From Phaeosaccion multiseriatum (Eukaryota > Protista > Ochrophyta, other classes): a stretch of DNA of 64,000 bases. The notes beneath the pieces are model-generated. The model ran no database searches, had not been told where the DNA came from, and saw only the letters and a list, made by a program, of their open reading frames with translations. This document shows positions 11,133 to 35,900 of the stretch, one piece after another. Position 1 is the stretch's first letter. Each line of letters starts with the position of its first letter. A program made the translations under genes and the position numbers. The stretch spans positions 1,116,001 to 1,180,000 of the forward strand of contig OZ218961.1 in the NCBI GenBank assembly GCA_965112735.1, read 5' to 3'.

Positions 11133-14100
11133 CAACAGCAGCAGCAGCAGTGGCGGGGGCAGCGGCGGTGGCGGTGGGAAAACTCCCAGCCGCCAGCCGA
11201 CTGGCAACTCCAACGGGGGGGGCGATGGGAACGGGGAGATCAATGGGGATGATAGAGACGCCTCTACTGCGGAGATTGACGAGCTCGTGTGGGGAGACAT
11301 GGACGAGGACCTGTGGCACATGTTCCAGGTTGGGGAGCTTCCGGACGAGGACGACGACAATGATTTGGACTTCCTGCCACCAGCTGATGACGATGAAGGC
11401 GAGGTGAGAGGCAGGGATAGGGAGACATGCGGAGGCTTATGGTCACAGAGAGAGAGAGGGAGGTTGGGGGGAAGAGATGGAGGGGGAGGAGTCACACACA
11501 CACACACCACACACACACACCACGAACAACCGAAACGTTCTCTCTCCCCTCGTCTTTCTCTGTCTCTTTCTTTCTCTGTCCCCTCTTTCTCCCTCTCGAA
11601 CTGTCGAATGAATGGTACGACACCCGCACACACGCGCACACCCATTCACACACACATAACAGGAGGCTCGCCCCCGAGTGGTGCGTCAGCGTGAGGTCGA
11701 AGATCTCGTGGAAGATGCAATCGTGGAGGGACTTATCGAACCTGAGGACCAGGGGGGTAGTGCTGGGGGTGGTGGGGTGATGAAGAACAGGCTGCAGAAG
11801 CTGCCCCCTGGTTTTCCAGGGGTGATGAATGTGCTCGGCAGGCAGCTGGCCAGGATATATCAGGTGAGAGAGAGAGACAGATATATATATATATATATAT
11901 AATATATATATATATAATATATTATATATATATATATATAATATAAATAGGGGAGGGGGCGGCACGTAGCTGACCAGGAAAGATCCATCCTTATTTGACC
12001 CCTCTCTCCTATTGACTCACAGATCGCGGTGTACAACCTCTTAAGATGCGTGTGGATGCCGAACGATGCAGCAGGGCTGGGATCCGGACCTAACGGTGTA
12101 GCTCTCTCGCAGGCCTGCCGGGCACAGTCGTTAGCAACCTTGGAGAGATTATGGGAGCGCTACGGAGGAGGAGGAGGAGGAGAAAAGGAAGGAGGAGGAG
12201 GAGGAGGAGGAGGAGGAGCAGGAGAGAGGCGTGAGTTGGTGATACAGCAGCAGCCGCAGGTCTCCATGGCGGGAGGGGATGTTCCAGCTGCTTCAGCTGC
12301 TGGGTTGTCGTCACCTCCGCTGCAAGTCGGGGCCCCTCCCCATTCTTCGTCTTCGTCCCATCCGAGTGTTGTCTCAGGTGGTCGTCCTCCTTCTTCTTCA
12401 CAGCCACAGCCACACCCACCACAGCAGTTGGTGGTACAGCCGTCGCCAACCCGACGAGCTCCAGCAGCGGGTGTGGTATTAAGGTCCATGGTGCCGGAGC
12501 TGGGCAAGACGGCGATGGTGTGGGGAGGGGCGGCATTCACCTTGACCAAGGCGGTGCCTTTGGGGCCCGATGGCCAGCAGGAGAAGGAGGGGGAGGAGGG
12601 AGGAGGAGGAGGAGGAGGAGGAGGACAAGGGGCGGCAGCAGGCCGAGGCGGAGGAGCGAGTGGCAGCGCTGCCACTGATCCCTCTCCACCTCTGCAGCAG
12701 CCGCAGCAACTCAGGGACCGATTCACGCTGACCGTCAGGGGCCTGAAAAAACCCCAGGTACTGTCCTGACCCTCACCTGTATCACCAACTTCTGACCCTC
12801 ACCCCATCCTGACCTGCATCACTAACTCCTGACCCTGACCCTGACCCTGACCCTGACCCTGACCCTGACCCTGACCCTGACCCCTGAAACCCAGAGCATA
12901 CTGAGAGATGTGGAGCACTGGAAGGAAGCTCATCCAGGGCAAACGCACAGGGCTGCCGCAGATGCAATACTAAAGTCCTATGGGTGTGATGTGACGCCAG
13001 ACCTGGTGCCGAATGAGAGGGGATTTAGGCTTGAGGCGAACGCCTTCCTGCCAGGTTAGAAAGGGGGGTCGGGGAGAGGGCGGAGCGGGGCGGGGGGGAG
13101 GGGAGGGGAGCGAGGGGGGGCGGGAAGGGGGGCCGGGGGAGGGGGAGGGGAGAGGTGAGGGGGGAGGGGAGGAGGGAGGGAGGGAGGGAGGGAGGGAGGG
13201 AGGGAGGGAGGAAGGGAGGGAGGGAGGGAGGGAGGGAGGGAGGGAGGGTGGGAGGGAGGGAGGGTGGGAGGGAGAGAGGGAGGGAGGGAGGGAGGGAGGG
13301 ACGGAGGGGGGGAGGGAAGAGATTGGCGACGGCGCGAGGAGTAGGTGTAGGTAGGGATGGAAGGGGCTCGTGCCACCATAGGTTGTGGCGGGGTGTATGT
13401 GTGCCTCCGGGGTGGGGACGTATTTCTTACCTCTTTTGACGTGCTTCACCTTTACCTACTCTCTCTATACACAGCCGAAGACGAGTTGATCGTCGCAGGC
13501 CTGCGCACAAGCAGCAAAGGTGGTGAGACAGACTGGGACGCGATTCGGGCCAACCTGCTTCCTACCAAGGCAGCCAAGATGATCAAGAACCGTGTGCGAA
13601 ACCGCAACCGTGCCTGTGCTGGTGGGTGGGAAGAAGGGATGGTACTGGATGGGAAGGAGGAATGGCAGTGGGTGGGACGGAGGGATGGCAGTGGATGGGA
13701 GGAGAGAGGGGATGGCAGTGGATGGGAGGAGAGAGGGGATGGCAGTGGATGGAAAGAAGGGATGGCACTGGACGGGAAGGAGGAATGGCACTGGGTGGGA
13801 GGGAGGGATGGCAGTGGATGGGAGGAGAGAGGGGATGGCAGTGGATGGGAAGAAGGGATGGCAGTGGATGGGAGGGAGGGATGGAAGTGATGGGAGGAGA
13901 GAGGGGATGGCAGTGGATGGGGGGCGGGGGGGGGGGAGGGGGTAATAGTAAGGAGGTAGAGCTTCGAAACATGTATGGGAGCTGTGGTAGCGCATCGATT
14001 TCTCGGTGGTCGGGATGGGGTGTCCATGAAGTGAGAACTGAAACTGAAAACCGACGCAACGCGTCTTGTTCTGTTGGCAATCCCCCTGCCACAACAGGGG

Positions 14101-16859
14101 CCAACCCCATAAAGGCGTTCTTGGCGGCCAAGCAAGCAGAGGTGTGTGTATGTGTGCAAAGGGGAGAAACGAAACCGTCACTCACACGAGCGATGACGTG
14201 ACTGTACCAGGTGTATAACCAGCCCCTCCCTCCCTCGCCACCTTACTTTATTGACGGTTACACCTGATTCATTCTGATGTGCACCTGCACGGAAGCTGCG
14301 CTGTCCGTGGGCTGCCGATGGTCGTAGCGTTATTAAAAGGATATCTACAGGGATGGCACCCCACTCCACTACAAATGGTTCACTCTCTTGTCATTTTGAC
14401 TTACCACTCCTTCATTGACATACCGCACACCACAGGTGGATGCCAAGTCTGTCTGGAGCAAGAGGGACGATAAGATGCTCCGAGAAGCCGTCAAGAAGCA
14501 CGGCAAAAAGTGGAAGGTGTGTGTGTGTGTGTGCGTGTGTGTGTGTGTGTGTGCATGCGTGTTCGTCTCCGCGCCCCTCTTCAAGTGATCCCTGAGACAT
14601 TTGTTCTTGCAGTTGTGGTCTTAACTCCCCTTGCCTATTGACATTTAATGACTTAACCTCCTCCTCCTCCTCCTCAGCTGATCCACGAGACGGTCTTTCC
14701 CGACCGCCTCAAGCACACCTTGTGGCGGCGCTGGCAAGTGCTGATGGAGAGCGACAAGTCCGGCGTAAAGCCCGTCTATGTCAACAACACGGTGTCAGCA
14801 AAGAAAAGGGCCAAGGCTGCAAGGGCTGTAGCAATGGGGAGGGTGGATACTCATGCAGCAGCAACAGCACCAGCATCTTCGTCGTCATCATGGGCAGTTG
14901 GTCATACGGCAGCAGCGGCGGCACGCTCAGCGGGAGGCGTGAGCGTGCCCCCAACAACTCCAGGGGGATTGCTTCCCGCCGCCCCCGGGGGGCCCATCCC
15001 CGGGGCGGGCATCCCCCGGGGGGGCATACCCGGGGGGGGCATGGTCCGACAGGCCCCTTGGGGTGCGGGACCCAACAGGGCCTTCGGAGCTACCCTACCA
15101 CATGCTGCACACGCACCTGCACCAGGAGCGGGGCCCGGGCTGAGGGCGGGCATGGGAGTGGGGGCACCCCTTCCTTATCACATGCCAGCAGGAAGGGCAG
15201 CAGTTGGTGGTACAGGAGGGACTGCCAGAGCAGCAGGAGCTGGTGGGGCGGCGGCGGGCGCTGTTAGGGTAGCAGTGCCTGTAGCAGGCGGAGGCACTCC
15301 CGTCGGGACGACCTTCGCACCACCCCCCACCGCCTGGCAGGGCTCGCCATATAGAAGTGGAGAGGGAGGTGGAGGTGATGGCAGGGTGGTGACTGCTCCG
15401 CGAGTGCCTCCGAGGGGGGATGGGAGGGTGCTGAACTCTGCAATGGCGGGACAGACGGTAGCAGGAGCGGGGGCTGATGAAACGGCTAGGGCGATTGCCA
15501 GCATGGTGGTCGGAGCCGCCCGTGCGAGGGGCAGAACGGCGACACCAGAGGCTATTGCAGCAGCAGTGGCTGCGGCCGCGAAGGTGGTGAGAGATGCAGC
15601 AGCCGCTGGAGCACTTGGTGATACAGTTGGTGGTACAGCAGCAGTGCCTCCCCCACCACTCGCACCACCGCCTGCACGAGGAGGAAGAGGAGGAGCAGCA
15701 GCAGCTGCAGTAGGAGGAGGAGGAGGAGGAGGAGGAGGAGGAGGAGGAGGAGCGAGAGTAACTGACAGGGCTGCTGTGATGGCCGCGTCATCGGCCGCTG
15801 CTTCGAATTTCAGTGGGCTGGCCCCTCCCTTGACGAATCAAATTCGACCGGCGCCCCCCCTGACGCGACTCGGGCCAGGCGGGCAAGGAGGGGCAGGAAC
15901 AGCAGCACGAGGAGGAGGGGGGGGGGGAGGAACGAGTGGTAGTGGAGGTCGTGGCGGTGCGATGATGGCAGCCAATGGCGGTCTTCCTCCTCCTCCTCCT
16001 CCTCCACCACCACCACCACCACCTCCGTTTGCACCGATGGGGGATACCCTACTGCTGGGCTCATACAAGGACCCTTGGCCTGTACCCCATTGCCAGTCTA
16101 CTGCCATCGATCGAACGGGTCCGGGTAGCGGCAGCGAGAGGGGGTCCTTCTCTGTCGACACGAGTGCTGCCGGCGCCCAGGGGGGAGGACAGAAGCGGCC
16201 CAGGGTGGGGGGTGCCGGGGGCCTACCGCCGCCGCCTGGGTATCCTCACAGATCCGGGTCTGGGTCTGGGTATGACCAACGCGCGAGGGGGGGGAGGAGG
16301 AGGAGAAGGAGAGGATGGCTACTCGGACGACCCCTACCACGGCCATGAGGGCTACGGGTATGGTGATGATCACGGCACTGCTTATGGTGCTGGTGTGGGC
16401 TATGTCAATGGTGGCGCGGGCTACTCCTATGGTGGAGGTGAAGGTGGAAGTGGAGGTGGGAGTTACCAAGGGGGTTACCAAGGGGAAGAGGACTTTGAAC
16501 ATGATGAATTACCGTCGTCGGAGGACGAGGGATTCGAAGATGACGAAATGTCCTCCGATGGGGAAGGGGAAGAAGGAGGGCAGGAAGGGGGAGAGGGAGG
16601 AGGAGGAGGAGGAGGAGGAGGAGGAGGAGGAGGGGATGGAGGAGGAGCAGCAGGAGGAGGAGAAGGAGGAGGAGGAGGAGGAGGAGGAGGAGGAGAAGGA
16701 GGAGGAGGAGGACGAGGAGGAGGAGGGGGGGCGGGCGGGGCTGGGGCCTTTGATAACAATGATTTCGACGAAGGCTTCGAGGAGGACGCCATGGACACGA
16801 GCGACGAAGAGGACGGGGTGGGGGATGGCAGTGGACGGAAGGAGGGAGACGGCACCTGA
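10756..16859 (+). CDS. GON4L/YY1AP1/DUO3-like Myb/SANT-domain transcriptional regulator (exons ~10756-11403, 11663-11863, 12023-12758, 12895-13054, 13475-13621, 14098-14141, 14436-14516, 14678-16859 with an apparent frameshift near 16290)
   Basis: Motifs in order: DDDNDLDFLP..VVRQREVEDLVEDA; FLP|AEDELIVAGL...WDAIRANLLPTKAAKMIKNRVRNRN..|GANPIKAF (resembles the GON4L/DUO3 F.xAED.L...GL...LL..K...i..R..N...N.IK repeat); a second Myb repeat WSKRDDKMLREAVKKHGKKWK|LIHETVFPDRLKHTLWRRW; acidic C-terminal FE.dEm..S motifs. Family assignment is from recalled motifs, not a search. Confidence 0.7.
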
Positions 16860-17265
16860 TGGAAGGAGGGAGTAACCCCCTCCAACTTTTCGTGTGATGG
16901 GGGGGGGTCGAGGGGAGGGCCCAACCTTTGCCCCTCTCCGGACTATACCACTCATGGCACACCACAACCACCACTGTACTATCTATGATCTTTTATTATA
17001 GTTAGCCATTTATTGCCGATTCACACTGACGTACTTCTATTTATTTTTCATTCATTCCTTCTACTCAACAAACACAACTTGAGTGTAAGGATCTACTTTT
17101 GTGCTCGATGCTCTCCACCTATCTATGTCCTGGGAAATGTGATCGCATCTTTCGCTCTCGCTCCCTCGCTCTCGCTCCCTTGATGTCCCCATGCTCATGC
17201 TTCGCGCGACCACACGGACGGCGGAGCAGGGGGAGGGGGGGACTCTTCGTGGACTCTTCGTCTTC

Positions 17266-17495
17266 ATCCATCCACTACCATCCACTACCATCCACTGCCA
17301 TCCACTACCATCCACTGCCATCCACTACCATCCACTACCATCCACTACCATCCACTGCCATCCACTACCATCCACTACCATCCACTACCATCCACTGCCA
17401 TCCACTGCCATCCACTGCCATCCACTACCATCCACTACCATCCACTACAATCCACTACCATCCACTACCATCCACTACCATCCACTACCATCCAT
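17266..17495. repeat. 9-bp tandem array (CCATCCACT[A/G])n in the convergent 3' region
   Basis: About 25 units directly visible, abutting the stop of the minus-strand gene. Confidence 0.95.
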
Positions 17496-17501
17496 GGCAC
17501 T

Positions 17502-29322
<11,821 letters not shown>

Positions 29323-29992
29323 GCTCAGCCCATCTTGAGGGAGGGAAGGGGAGGGAGAGGTAGAATGAGTCGAGGAAAGGATTTATAAATTAAAGACACA
29401 TTGAGGGATGGAGTCCCCGTGATGCAAGTTCTTCTGCTTCAATAGTTAGATTAGTCTTTTCATATAGCAGAAAGATGGAGGACGGAGGATGATGAAATGC
29501 TCCAGAGGTGCGATGTGCACTCAATTAAATCTCAATTCGTATTTGTCCCCCTCTCCTTCTTTCTCATTCTTCCCTCTCTTACTTTTGAGTCTGTCCTGGA
29601 AACGTGTTGTGTTCCTCTCCTCTCCGGCGTCCAGTGACCACTGGAAGAGTTGCTGGCCCTGCTCGGTGCGGACTTTGGGGGAGGACGGCATGGCTTGGTG
29701 GGGTGTGTATGACCGAAGCCCCTACAAATAAGTTACGAACGTCTGTCTCTGCCGCTTCCAGACACCTTCCTCGTTTGTGGCTGGCAAGAAGACTACCCGA
29801 CCATAGCCAGGGCAGAGATCCAGACTACACCATGTGCCGCTCGCTGCCTACCACCCTCTCCTTTCTCTCATCATCACCCTCGCCAAAACAAATCCGACGG
29901 CATCCAGCCTGAAACCGTATCGTGTCAAAAGGAGGGGAGCTGAGAGAAAGAACCCAACCTCTAGGGCTCAGCGAGCGTGGGCAGGAAGGAAG

Positions 29993-32900
29993 ATGGCGAC
30001 TGCTTCGCCTAAGATGAGCGTGCCCCAGACAGAGGATGGAAGAGTAGCAGCAGCAGTAGCAGCAGCAGCAGCAGGAGGAGGAGGAGGCGGCGAAGGAGGA
30101 GCGGGAGGGGGAGGTGGAGGAGGATCAAGACTAGCAATGGAGTCGGCTACGGCAGCAAACTTGCCTTATTTGCTGGGAAGTCCCAGCCCCAGCCGGAAGC
30201 GTCGGAGCCCCCAGCCCCCTCAGCAGCCGCAACGCCGCAGCAGAGTACAGCCTGTGGCACAGACCGTGGGACTAAAGTCGTTGGCGGATTTGAGAATGTT
30301 AGGTGAGAGTGAGGGAGAGAACGAGTCACAAGAAGTCAGCGAGCAAAGGAGAGAGGGAGGGAGGGAGTTCAGCGAGGAGAGTCAGCGAGCAAAGGAGAGA
30401 GGGAGGGAGGGAGTTCAGCGAGGAGAGTGAGTGAGTGGGTTGGCGCGAGACGCCCCTCCATGCGGCAACACCACATTGCTCGTTATTTATACCTGCTGCT
30501 GGGCAACTCTACTCTCTCTCCATATCTCTCTGTGTAGACGGGTTTTCCATCAAGGATCGAACCCTCTGTCTCGTACACTTAGTGGTACACAGATAAACAA
30601 TGCTCGATAGGAAAGCCGCCGTATAGAAGGCCTTACAACCCCCTCAACACACTCATCTCTACAACACTCCTGCTCTGCTTTCTCCCTCATCCTCCTCTTG
30701 CTTCATCGACCCTTCGCCCTGCCGCAAAACAAACAAAAACTGCATGGATACCCCAATGCTTCCACCCCAACCCGCTGCCTCTGCAGGCTTAGCTCCCGCG
30801 CCTCCTGGTCGCAACGCGTGCACCCACCGCAGAGTAATGGCCCCTGCCGCAGGAGGAGGAGTAGGAGGAGGGGACGGCGGCCGGTTGGGCGGATGGGGTG
30901 GCGGAGGAGAACAATGTGTGCTCGGGGCCATGCCCTCTGGTCTCACCCTCGTTATGGGGGGTAGTAGTGGGGGTGGCAACGCGAGCGCCACACACATGCA
31001 CCTGCAGGCACAAACGCACACACACGCGCACGCACCCACGGCCACAGCAGCGGGACCGAACGGCGCAGCTCACTACAACATCGCCACTTCCACTCCCTCA
31101 ACGACCATCACGCCCTCAGCATCAACTGCCATTCCACACGCTGCTGGGCTTCTCAGCAGTGCCGTGCCCTACATGCTGGGGGGAGGAGGAGGCGCAGGAG
31201 GAGAAGGAGGAGGGTTAGCAGGGGAGGGAAGAGGGGCAGCGCGGGGCATGGAGAGCAGCTGCAGGCTCATTATGACGGCGGCACCAAGCGTCAGTGTAAC
31301 CGCGGACGTGAACAACCCGAGAGGCGGAGGTGGGGGTAGAGGAGGAGGAGGAGGAGGAGGAGGAGGAGGAGGAGGAGGAGGAGGAGGAGGAGGAGGAGGA
31401 GGAGGAGGAGGAGGAGGAGGAGGAGGAGGAGGAGGAGGAGGAGGAGGAGGAGGAGGAGGAGGAGGAGGAGGAGGAGGAGGAGGAGGAGGAGGAGGAGGAG
31501 GAGGTGGGGGTGGGATGGGGACTCCAGGACAGGCTGAGCGACACGGGCCAGGCAGACGCACCTCCTCCCTCTCCCCCACTCGAATGGGGGGGCGACAGCG
31601 GCACCATCACAACCACCAGCACCAGCCTCTGGCATCCAGTGCCATCTCCTTCTTCCCCGGGCTGGACAGCAACGGCAGCAGGGCCAACAGCCCATCGCCG
31701 AAGCCCGTATCACCAACTGCTGCGCAAACTCAGAGCTGTGACACCTCCAGCAACCAAGACCGGCCTGGTCATGGTGTAGACCCGTCGAGGGCGGTGTACC
31801 GATCAGAGCCGCTGCATGAGCGGAGCACCAACGCGGTAGGAGGAAGCCAATTGGGGGGAGGGCAACAGGTTCGTCTCCGTGCGTTTCGTGCGTTTCGTGC
31901 GTTTCGTGCGTTTCGTGAGATTCGTCCCTGCATCGACTGGGTGTTGCTTTTCTGTCGAGGTCTTTCTTTCCTGCCGCCCACGCACCCACCCACCACCCTC
32001 TGGGTCCTGACACCCCCGACCCCTACGCCCGGTACGCATCGCTCTCCCTCTCTCACTCATTCACTCACGCACGCACTGCCTTCCTTCCCTCAACCCCCCC
32101 TCCCTCTGTGTGGTTGACTGACTGACTGATTGACTGACTGACTGACTGACTGACTGACTGACTGGCTGACTGACTCATGACCATCACAGGGCGGGTTCAA
32201 GTCTCGTGTGGACTTCCTGCTGCCGGACAGTCGAATACCCTCAAACATGCACATGTATGAATCGTCGCCAGTGAAGTTCGCCGACAGCGACCCTAGCTAC
32301 GAGGAATGGTAAGGGAGGAAGGGAAGAGGGGGGGGGGGAGGAAGGAAGGGATGAACCGGTGGGAGGTAGTGAGCGAGTGGGTGGGTGGGTGGGTGGGTGG
32401 GTGGGTGGGTGGGTGAGTGAGGGAGTGAGTGAGTGAGTGGGAGTGAGTGAGCAAGTGGTTGAGTGAGTGAGGGAGTGAGTGCGTGAGTGAGTGAGTGGGT
32501 TGAGTGGGTGGGTGAGTGAGTGAGTGAGTGAGTGAGTGAGTGAGTGAGTGAGTTAGTGGGTGAGTGAGTGAGTGAGTGAGTGAGTGATTGAGGGAGGGAG
32601 GGAGTGAGAGAGTGAGTAAGTAAGTGAGTGAGTGAGTGATTGAGTAAGTGAGTGAGTGAGTGAGTGAGTGAGTGAGTGAGTGAGTGAGTGAGTGAGTGAG
32701 TGAGTGAGTGAGTGAGTGAGTGAGTGAGTGAGTGAGTGAGTGAGTGAGTGAGTGAGTGAGTGAGTGAGTGAGTGAGTGAGTGAGTGAGTGAGTGAGTGAG
32801 TGAGTGAGTGAGTGAGTGAGTGAGTGAGAGAGAAAGTGAGAACTTCTGCCGTGTACAGCCCAGACTGGAAGGCTGTGGACGGCCCGCCCACCTTCTCCCT

Positions 32901-35900
32901 CCGTCCTAATCTTCCTCCTCCTATGTATTGCACTGTCCCCCTTCTCTTTGACTCTCTCCCTCTGCCCTGTGTCCCACTGACATACTCCCCAAATTGACAT
33001 ACTTATTGACTTACTGCTCGTGGAAGGTACGACGCCTCGGCCAAGCTGTGGCGCAGAAAAGTGTTTCCCGCCAAGCGACCCGCCAACAGGCAGCAGGTGA
33101 GAGAGTTGGTGATACAGAGGGGGGGGGGGGGGGAGAGAGGGGGGGAGGGAGAGAGACAGAGAGACAAAGAGAGAGGGGAAGAAGGAATAGGCAGGGAGAG
33201 AGGGAGAGAGAGGGGAGGGGAGAAGGGAAAGAGGGCGAGTGAGAGAATGGGAGAGAGAGGGGGGCAGAGAAACAGAGAGAGAGAGGAAAGGCAGGGAGAG
33301 GGGGAGAGAGAGGAAGGGAGGGAGAGAGGAATAGGCAGGGAGACGGGGAAAGAGAGGAAGGGAGGGAGAGAGGAAGAGGCAGGGAGACGGGGAGAGAGAG
33401 GAAGGGAGAGAGAGAGGAATAGGCAGGGAGAGAGGGAGAGAGAGGGTACCGGCGGTAGGTAAACGGAGGGACTCTCTCCCTGAACCCCCGCCTCCCCATC
33501 ACAAATGGCTTAGGTGCACCTTCTGCGCGAGTGGATGACCAGCGCCTTGGCGGCCAGACTCGCGGAGGAGAAGCGGATGGCAGTCAATGACGACAATGAA
33601 GATGACGACTACTGGGGGGAGGGGGAGGGGGAGGATGGCAATGGATGGGGGGAGGACGAGGACGAGGACGAGGAAGAGGAAGGGGAAGAGAGAGAGGGAG
33701 AGGAAGAGGGAGAGAGCGAGGAAGAGGTTGGAGAGCAAGGGCCGGAGGAAGAGGGAGAAGAAGAAGAACGAAGGGGCGGTGCGGATGGGGAGAGCGGGGA
33801 GGAGAAGCACGGCAGCAAGCTGCGGAGCAAAGGGAAGGGAAAGAGCAAGAGGAGTAGACGCAGGGGTAGAAGGAGGAGTAATAGTAATAGCGAGAGTAAC
33901 TGCGAGAGAAAGAGGAAGAGTGGGAGCAACAGCAAGACCGAGAAGAAGAGGAAGAGGAAGAGCTTCACCTCGCCCGGGCTGGTGCGTGATCAGATGAATA
34001 TTCTCATGGTGGGCTTCTTCGAAATCGTCCGCCAAGTGCATTACCATTGTGCCGAGCGAGGAGAGCTCCTGAATCGTATCTGGCTCAGTCTCAACGATCT
34101 GATTGAGTATGTGGTGCATGAGATGAGCGAAACCATTCAAGCGACGGATGCCAAGCTGCATGATATGGCAGAGTCCATGCACAGTGAGCGAGAGGGGGCC
34201 AAGTTGAACTCTCAGAGACAAGCGGAGCTGCTTGCCACGTCAGTGGCCGAGCTGAACAAGCATTGGACGGCCAAGATGAAGCAGGTACCGTAGAGTACTA
34301 TAAGGAGGAAGAGGAAGGGCGATGGATCATTGCATAGGACCTGTCCCTCCCCCTCCTCCGCGCCTTCGTCCTCAGGCTTTCTTCCTCCCTCCCCTCCCTC
34401 CCCTCCCTCCCCTCCCTCCCCTCCCTCCGCTCCCTCCGCTCCCTCCCCTCCCTCCCCTCCCTCCCCTCCCACCCCTCCCTCCCCTCCCTCCCCTCCCTCC
34501 CCTCCCTCCCCTCCCTCCCCTCCCTCCCCTCCCTCCCCTCCCTCCACTCCCTCCCCTCCCTCCCTCCTTCCCTCCCTCCCTCCCTCCCTCCCTCCCTCCC
34601 CTCCCCTCCCTGCCCTCCCTCCTTCTATATCACCAACAGGTCAAGGCGACGCTTGTGGTACAGGACAGACTGCTGAGGCACAATGCAACGACAGCGCATC
34701 ATGTACGGAACTGGTTTCCGCATTTCGGAATATATTCTGATTCTGTGCTTGGTGACATCATGGAAGTGGTGAAGAGAGAGGGAGAACAAGAGGCAGGAGG
34801 GGAAGGGGAAGAGGGGGGAGAGAGGGGGGGAGGGAGTATCACCGCTGGTGAGGTAAGGAAGGAGCAGACGGAGGAGTGGCGGCCGGAGGGCGAGGAGGAG
34901 GAGGGCGCGGAGGCGGAAAAGGAGAAGCTATCTCCGGAGGCAGCGTTGGTGTGTGACTTGCGCAGAGTGTACTCACTGGCAACCAAGCTCGTGCACAGCG
35001 AGGACCAAGGAGGGGATGGCAGTAGATGCCACCAAGGAGGGGATGGCAGTGGATGCCACCCCTCTGACGGGGCGGGAGTGGGCGTGGGGGTTGAAGGTAA
35101 TGCGGTGGAGAAGAGGAATGATGGCGGCTTTGGTCCGGGTAGGGGTGATGCCGTCTTCAAGACGTTGAGCGAGTGGAAGAGAGAGGCAGCCCGAGAGGCG
35201 GCTGAGGAGTTGGTGCGTGCTGCTACAGCGGCTGCGGAGACTGCGGAGGCGGCTGCTGAAGCTGCTGCCATTGTTGATGCAGCCGTTGATGATACAGCGG
35301 CTGGTGGTACAGGGGTTGGTGACACGCCAGTGGAACCAGCAGTCGGACAGCAGCAGCAAGAGCAACAGACGACGACGACGACGACGACGAGCGGTGAGGA
35401 GGGGGCCACAACCGCGGCAACTGCTACGTCAGCTGCACTTGCAGAGAGCCCAAACTCAAGCGCAGCTCTGCATCTGGGATGTAACGGCGACAGTCCTCGC
35501 CAACTGAGAGCCGTCATCCAACAGACAACCAACATGCTTGGCGACGTGACGGAGACCCGGATGGAGTCCAGTACATTAATGAAGCGCATCAAGAAGCTTG
35601 TAGAGGCGCCACTCAGTGCTCTTGGAGCTTTAGGAAGCCTGGCTGCTGTATCACCAACCGGTGGGGGTGGGGGTGGGGGTGGGAACGGGGATGGTGGTGG
35701 AGCTGCACTTACTCAAGGAGGAGGAGGAGGAGGAGGAGGAGGAGGAGGAGGAGGAGGAGGAGGAGGAGGGTCGAGGTGGGGGAAGGCGAGGGTGCTGGCA
35801 GCGAAGGCTTCTGGGAGTGTTGGTGCTCCAGGCAGAGCTATTTGGAGGAGACGGAGGTCAAAGAGTCAGCCTAGGTTATGCTATTGGCGACCGCATAAGG

